From Mariprofundaceae bacterium (GTDB lineage Bacteria; Pseudomonadota; Zetaproteobacteria; Mariprofundales; Mariprofundaceae), in assembly GCA_027035825.1 (NCBI GenBank), contig JALVTX010000144.1, positions 1 through 35,263 on the forward strand: a stretch of DNA of 35,263 nucleotides. The letters run 5' to 3'. Below are positions 32,949 to 35,263 of this stretch, in pieces. The notes beneath the pieces are model-generated. The model searched no databases, was not told where the DNA came from, and saw only the letters and a program-made list of their open reading frames with translations. A program made the position numbers and the translations under genes. Within the stretch, counting starts at the first letter, position 1, and each line of letters starts with the position of its first letter.

Positions 32949-33614
32949 ATGTCCCATGTCATCAGGCAGGAGCGGCTGTTCATCCCCGGCCCGGTCGGGC
33001 GCTTGCAGGCGCTCCACGAGCCGGGCGAGCCCGGGCGGCCCGCTGTGGTCATCTGCCATCCCCATCCGCTGTTTGGCGGCACCATGCGCAACAAGGTCGT
33101 GTACTGGATGGCCCGGGCCTTTGGCGATGCGGGCTGCGCCACGCTGCGCTTCAACTTTCGCGGCGTGGAACAGAGCGACGGCGCATGGGATGAGGGGCGC
33201 GGCGAGACGCGGGACGCGGCCGCGGCGCTGGACTGGATGGCCGGGCGGCATGCCGGCGCGCCGCTGTGGCTGGCGGGGTTCTCCTTCGGCTGCTACGCGG
33301 GGCTCGCGGCCGCGCGCGAGGATGCGCGCGTGGCGCGGATGTTCGCGGTGGCGCCGGCCGTGAATCACTGGGACTTCTCCTTCATGCGCGGCGAGACGCG
33401 GCCCGTGGTGGTGATTGCCGGCACGAAGGACGAGATCGTGCCCTTTCAGGCCGTGCGCGCCGCCGTGCGCGCGATCGAGGCGGACGGGAACGTTCGTTTT
33501 CACGCCATAGAGGGGGCGGGGCACTTCTTCCCGGAGCATCAGGCCGAGCTGCAACGTATCCTGCGCGAGGAAATCGCGGCGGGCCTTTCGCCTCGCCCCG
33601 ACGGGTCGGATTGA
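32949..33614 (+). CDS. Alpha/beta-fold hydrolase
   Basis: CHPHPLFGGTMRNKVV, LRFNFRGV, nucleophile elbow GFSFG, GTKDEIV and GAGHFF (Ser-Asp-His triad). ATG 32949 preferred over TTG 32910. Confidence 0.9.
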   Translation: MSHVIRQERLFIPGPVGRLQALHEPGEPGRPAVVICHPHPLFGGTMRNKVVYWMARAFGDAGCATLRFNFRGVEQSDGAWDEGRGETRDAAAALDWMAGRHAGAPLWLAGFSFGCYAGLAAAREDARVARMFAVAPAVNHWDFSFMRGETRPVVVIAGTKDEIVPFQAVRAAVRAIEADGNVRFHAIEGAGHFFPEHQAELQRILREEIAAGLSPRPDGSD

Positions 33615-33639
33615 CGAAATTCGAGCATTGTTCTAACCT
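33611..33639 (+). promoter_or_regulatory. Possible sigma70 promoter for the AbrB/MazE-like gene
   Basis: TTGACG-N17-TAACCT ending about 45 nt upstream of ATG 33684. Confidence 0.45.
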
Positions 33640-33683
33640 GCCATCAGCCCCTTTGACTGCCATGCTTGGCACGGGAGGAAGCA

Positions 33684-33938
33684 ATGCGCAAGCGATTGAC
33701 GCCCATTGGCAACAGCCTTGGCCTCATCATCGAGAAACCCATTCTCAATCTGCTCGGCATCGACCGGAACACGGAGCTGGAAATCACCACGGACGGCAAG
33801 CGGCTGGTGATCCAGCCGGTGGGCGCGGAGCGCGCCGCGCCGGCGGCCAAGTCCGCGTCCAGGCGCGAGGACAAGCCGATTTCCGTCCGCGAGGTGGGCA
33901 AGAGTTTCCTGGACGAGCTGCGCGACGCCTTCAAGTAG
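33684..33938 (+). CDS. AbrB/MazE/SpoVT-family DNA-binding protein (antitoxin-like)
   Basis: MRKRLTPIGNSLGLIIEKPILNLLGI...ELEITTDGKRLVIQP swapped-hairpin signature; GGAGGA SD. Confidence 0.85.
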   Translation: MRKRLTPIGNSLGLIIEKPILNLLGIDRNTELEITTDGKRLVIQPVGAERAAPAAKSASRREDKPISVREVGKSFLDELRDAFK

Positions 33939-33980
33939 TGGAACAGGCCCCAAGCGCCGCCCGAGTCAAGCGAGGGTGCG

Positions 33981-34745
33981 CTACAGCAGGTGCAGGGCGT
34001 CCGGGAGATCGGCAATGGAAGGCAGCACGAGATCGGCGCGGATGCCGCTGCGCTTGACGAAATCGGCGCGATACTTGCCTGTCTGCACCAGCGCCGCCTT
34101 CAGGCCCGCCTGCTGCGCCCCGCCGATGTCCGATTCCACGTCGTCACCCACCATCAGCGTCGCCTCGGGCGGAACGCCCAGCTCCCGGCAGATGCCGAGA
34201 AAGAAGTCCCGCGAGGGCTTGCCGAGCACCACGGCCCGGACGCCGGCGGCGTACTCGATGGCGGCGACAAAGGCGCCGAGGTCCAAATGCAAGCCGTCCG
34301 GCTTCTTCCAGAAGCGGTTCTTGTGCAGCGCCAGGAGCTCCGCGCCGTCCAGCACGCGCAGGAAAATCTCGCGCAGCGTTTCCGGCGGGTAGCCCTCGCC
34401 GCCGATGTCTCCCATCACCACCGCCTCGGGGTGCGCCGCATCCTCGCGCACGTCTTGCAGGTCTTCGCGCAAGGCATCCTGCACGTGCAGCATGGCGCGC
34501 CGCTGGCCGAGGCGGGCCGCGGCCAGCGCCGCCGGGGTGTGGATGTCCTCGGCCGCCAGCGGTACGCCCATGGCCGCGAGCTTGTCCATGATCTGCCGCC
34601 GCGAGCGGGTGGTGGTGTTGGTGACGCCGGCGAGCTTCAGGCCGGCCTCGCGCAAGGCGCGCACGGCCTCGGCCGCGCCGGCGATGGATTCGTCGCCGAC
34701 GTAGAGCACGCCGTCGAGATCAAGCAGGATGGCCTGGATGTTCAT
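33981..34745 (-). CDS. HAD-superfamily subfamily IIA hydrolase (LHPP/HDHD2-like)
   Basis: LLDLDGVLY (motif I), VTNTT (II), LGKPS (III) and MVGDDVESDIGGAQ (IV), plus VQTGKYR. ATG at 34745. Confidence 0.9.
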   Translation of the reverse strand: MNIQAILLDLDGVLYVGDESIAGAAEAVRALREAGLKLAGVTNTTTRSRRQIMDKLAAMGVPLAAEDIHTPAALAAARLGQRRAMLHVQDALREDLQDVREDAAHPEAVVMGDIGGEGYPPETLREIFLRVLDGAELLALHKNRFWKKPDGLHLDLGAFVAAIEYAAGVRAVVLGKPSRDFFLGICRELGVPPEATLMVGDDVESDIGGAQQAGLKAALVQTGKYRADFVKRSGIRADLVLPSIADLPDALHLL

Positions 34746-34896
34746 GCCGGGATTGTAGCAAAACGTGTCGATGTATGCGGGCGGAGCGTCGGACTGAAGT
34801 CCGCCCAGGTCTGACCCACAAAGGAAGCCCGCGCGCGAGATGCAGCGGGTCGCCCAGCCTGATAAACTCCGCAAAAATTTGAACGGGACAAGGATG

Positions 34897-35263
34897 ATGA
34901 CGGAACAGGAACTGTTGACGATGTACGAGGATGCGGGCGCGCTGCTCACGGGGCATTTCGTGCTCTCCAGCGGGCGGCATTCGCCGCGCTATCTGCAATC
35001 GGCCCGGGTGCTGATGCATCCGGAGCATGCGGAGGCGCTGGGGCGCGCGTTGGCCGAGGAGGCGCGGGACCTGGACGTGGCGATGGTCGTTTCGCCCGCG
35101 CTGGGCGGGCTCATCATCGGCCACGAGGTGGCCCGTGCGCTGGGCAAGCCGATGATCTTCACCGAGCGCAAGGAAGGCGAGATGCAACTGCGGCGCGGTT
35201 TCACGATTCCCGAGGGCGCGCCGGTGCTGGTGGTGGAAGATGTCATCACCACCGGCGGCTCGG
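34897..35263 (+). CDS. pyrE: Orotate phosphoribosyltransferase, N-terminal part (runs off the window)
   Basis: MTEQELLTMYEDAGALLTGHFVLSSGRHSPRYLQSA...SPALGG...FTER...LRRGF...VLVVEDVITTGGS (PRPP loop). ATG 34894 or 34897. Confidence 0.95.
   Translation, partial: MTEQELLTMYEDAGALLTGHFVLSSGRHSPRYLQSARVLMHPEHAEALGRALAEEARDLDVAMVVSPALGGLIIGHEVARALGKPMIFTERKEGEMQLRRGFTIPEGAPVLVVEDVITTGGS

Overview
High-GC bacterial chromosomal window, proteobacterial-type gene order; no finer taxonomy is claimed. The left flank carries housekeeping genes: the guaA 3' end, an FKBP-type PPIase, a ~220-bp multi-hairpin intergenic element and ffh. The right flank carries rpsP-rimM-trmD, sigma32-type promoters with grpE-dnaK-dnaJ-dapB-yffB, an alpha/beta hydrolase, an orphan AbrB/MazE-type gene, a HAD-IIA hydrolase and the pyrE 5' end. 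Between ffh and rpsP, which are normally neighbours, lies a ~23.4-kb lower-GC accessory block (2514-25943). It starts with a hybrid histidine kinase and a NarL/LuxR regulator. A tightly coupled operon follows: TolC, a 4160-aa RTX-type giant protein (LEPRxLL-like leader, DUF4347-like domain), a small DUF3467-like protein, a GAF-HlyD adaptor, a PqqD-like/M50 metalloprotease/HlyD fusion, a C-terminally truncated SecA-like ATPase and a third adaptor. The operon looks like a type I secretion system with no ABC transporter, in which a SecA paralogue and a site-2-protease-like membrane protein may act as motor and inner-membrane component. This is the most interesting signal in the window. Family assignments come from motif recognition by eye, not from database searches.
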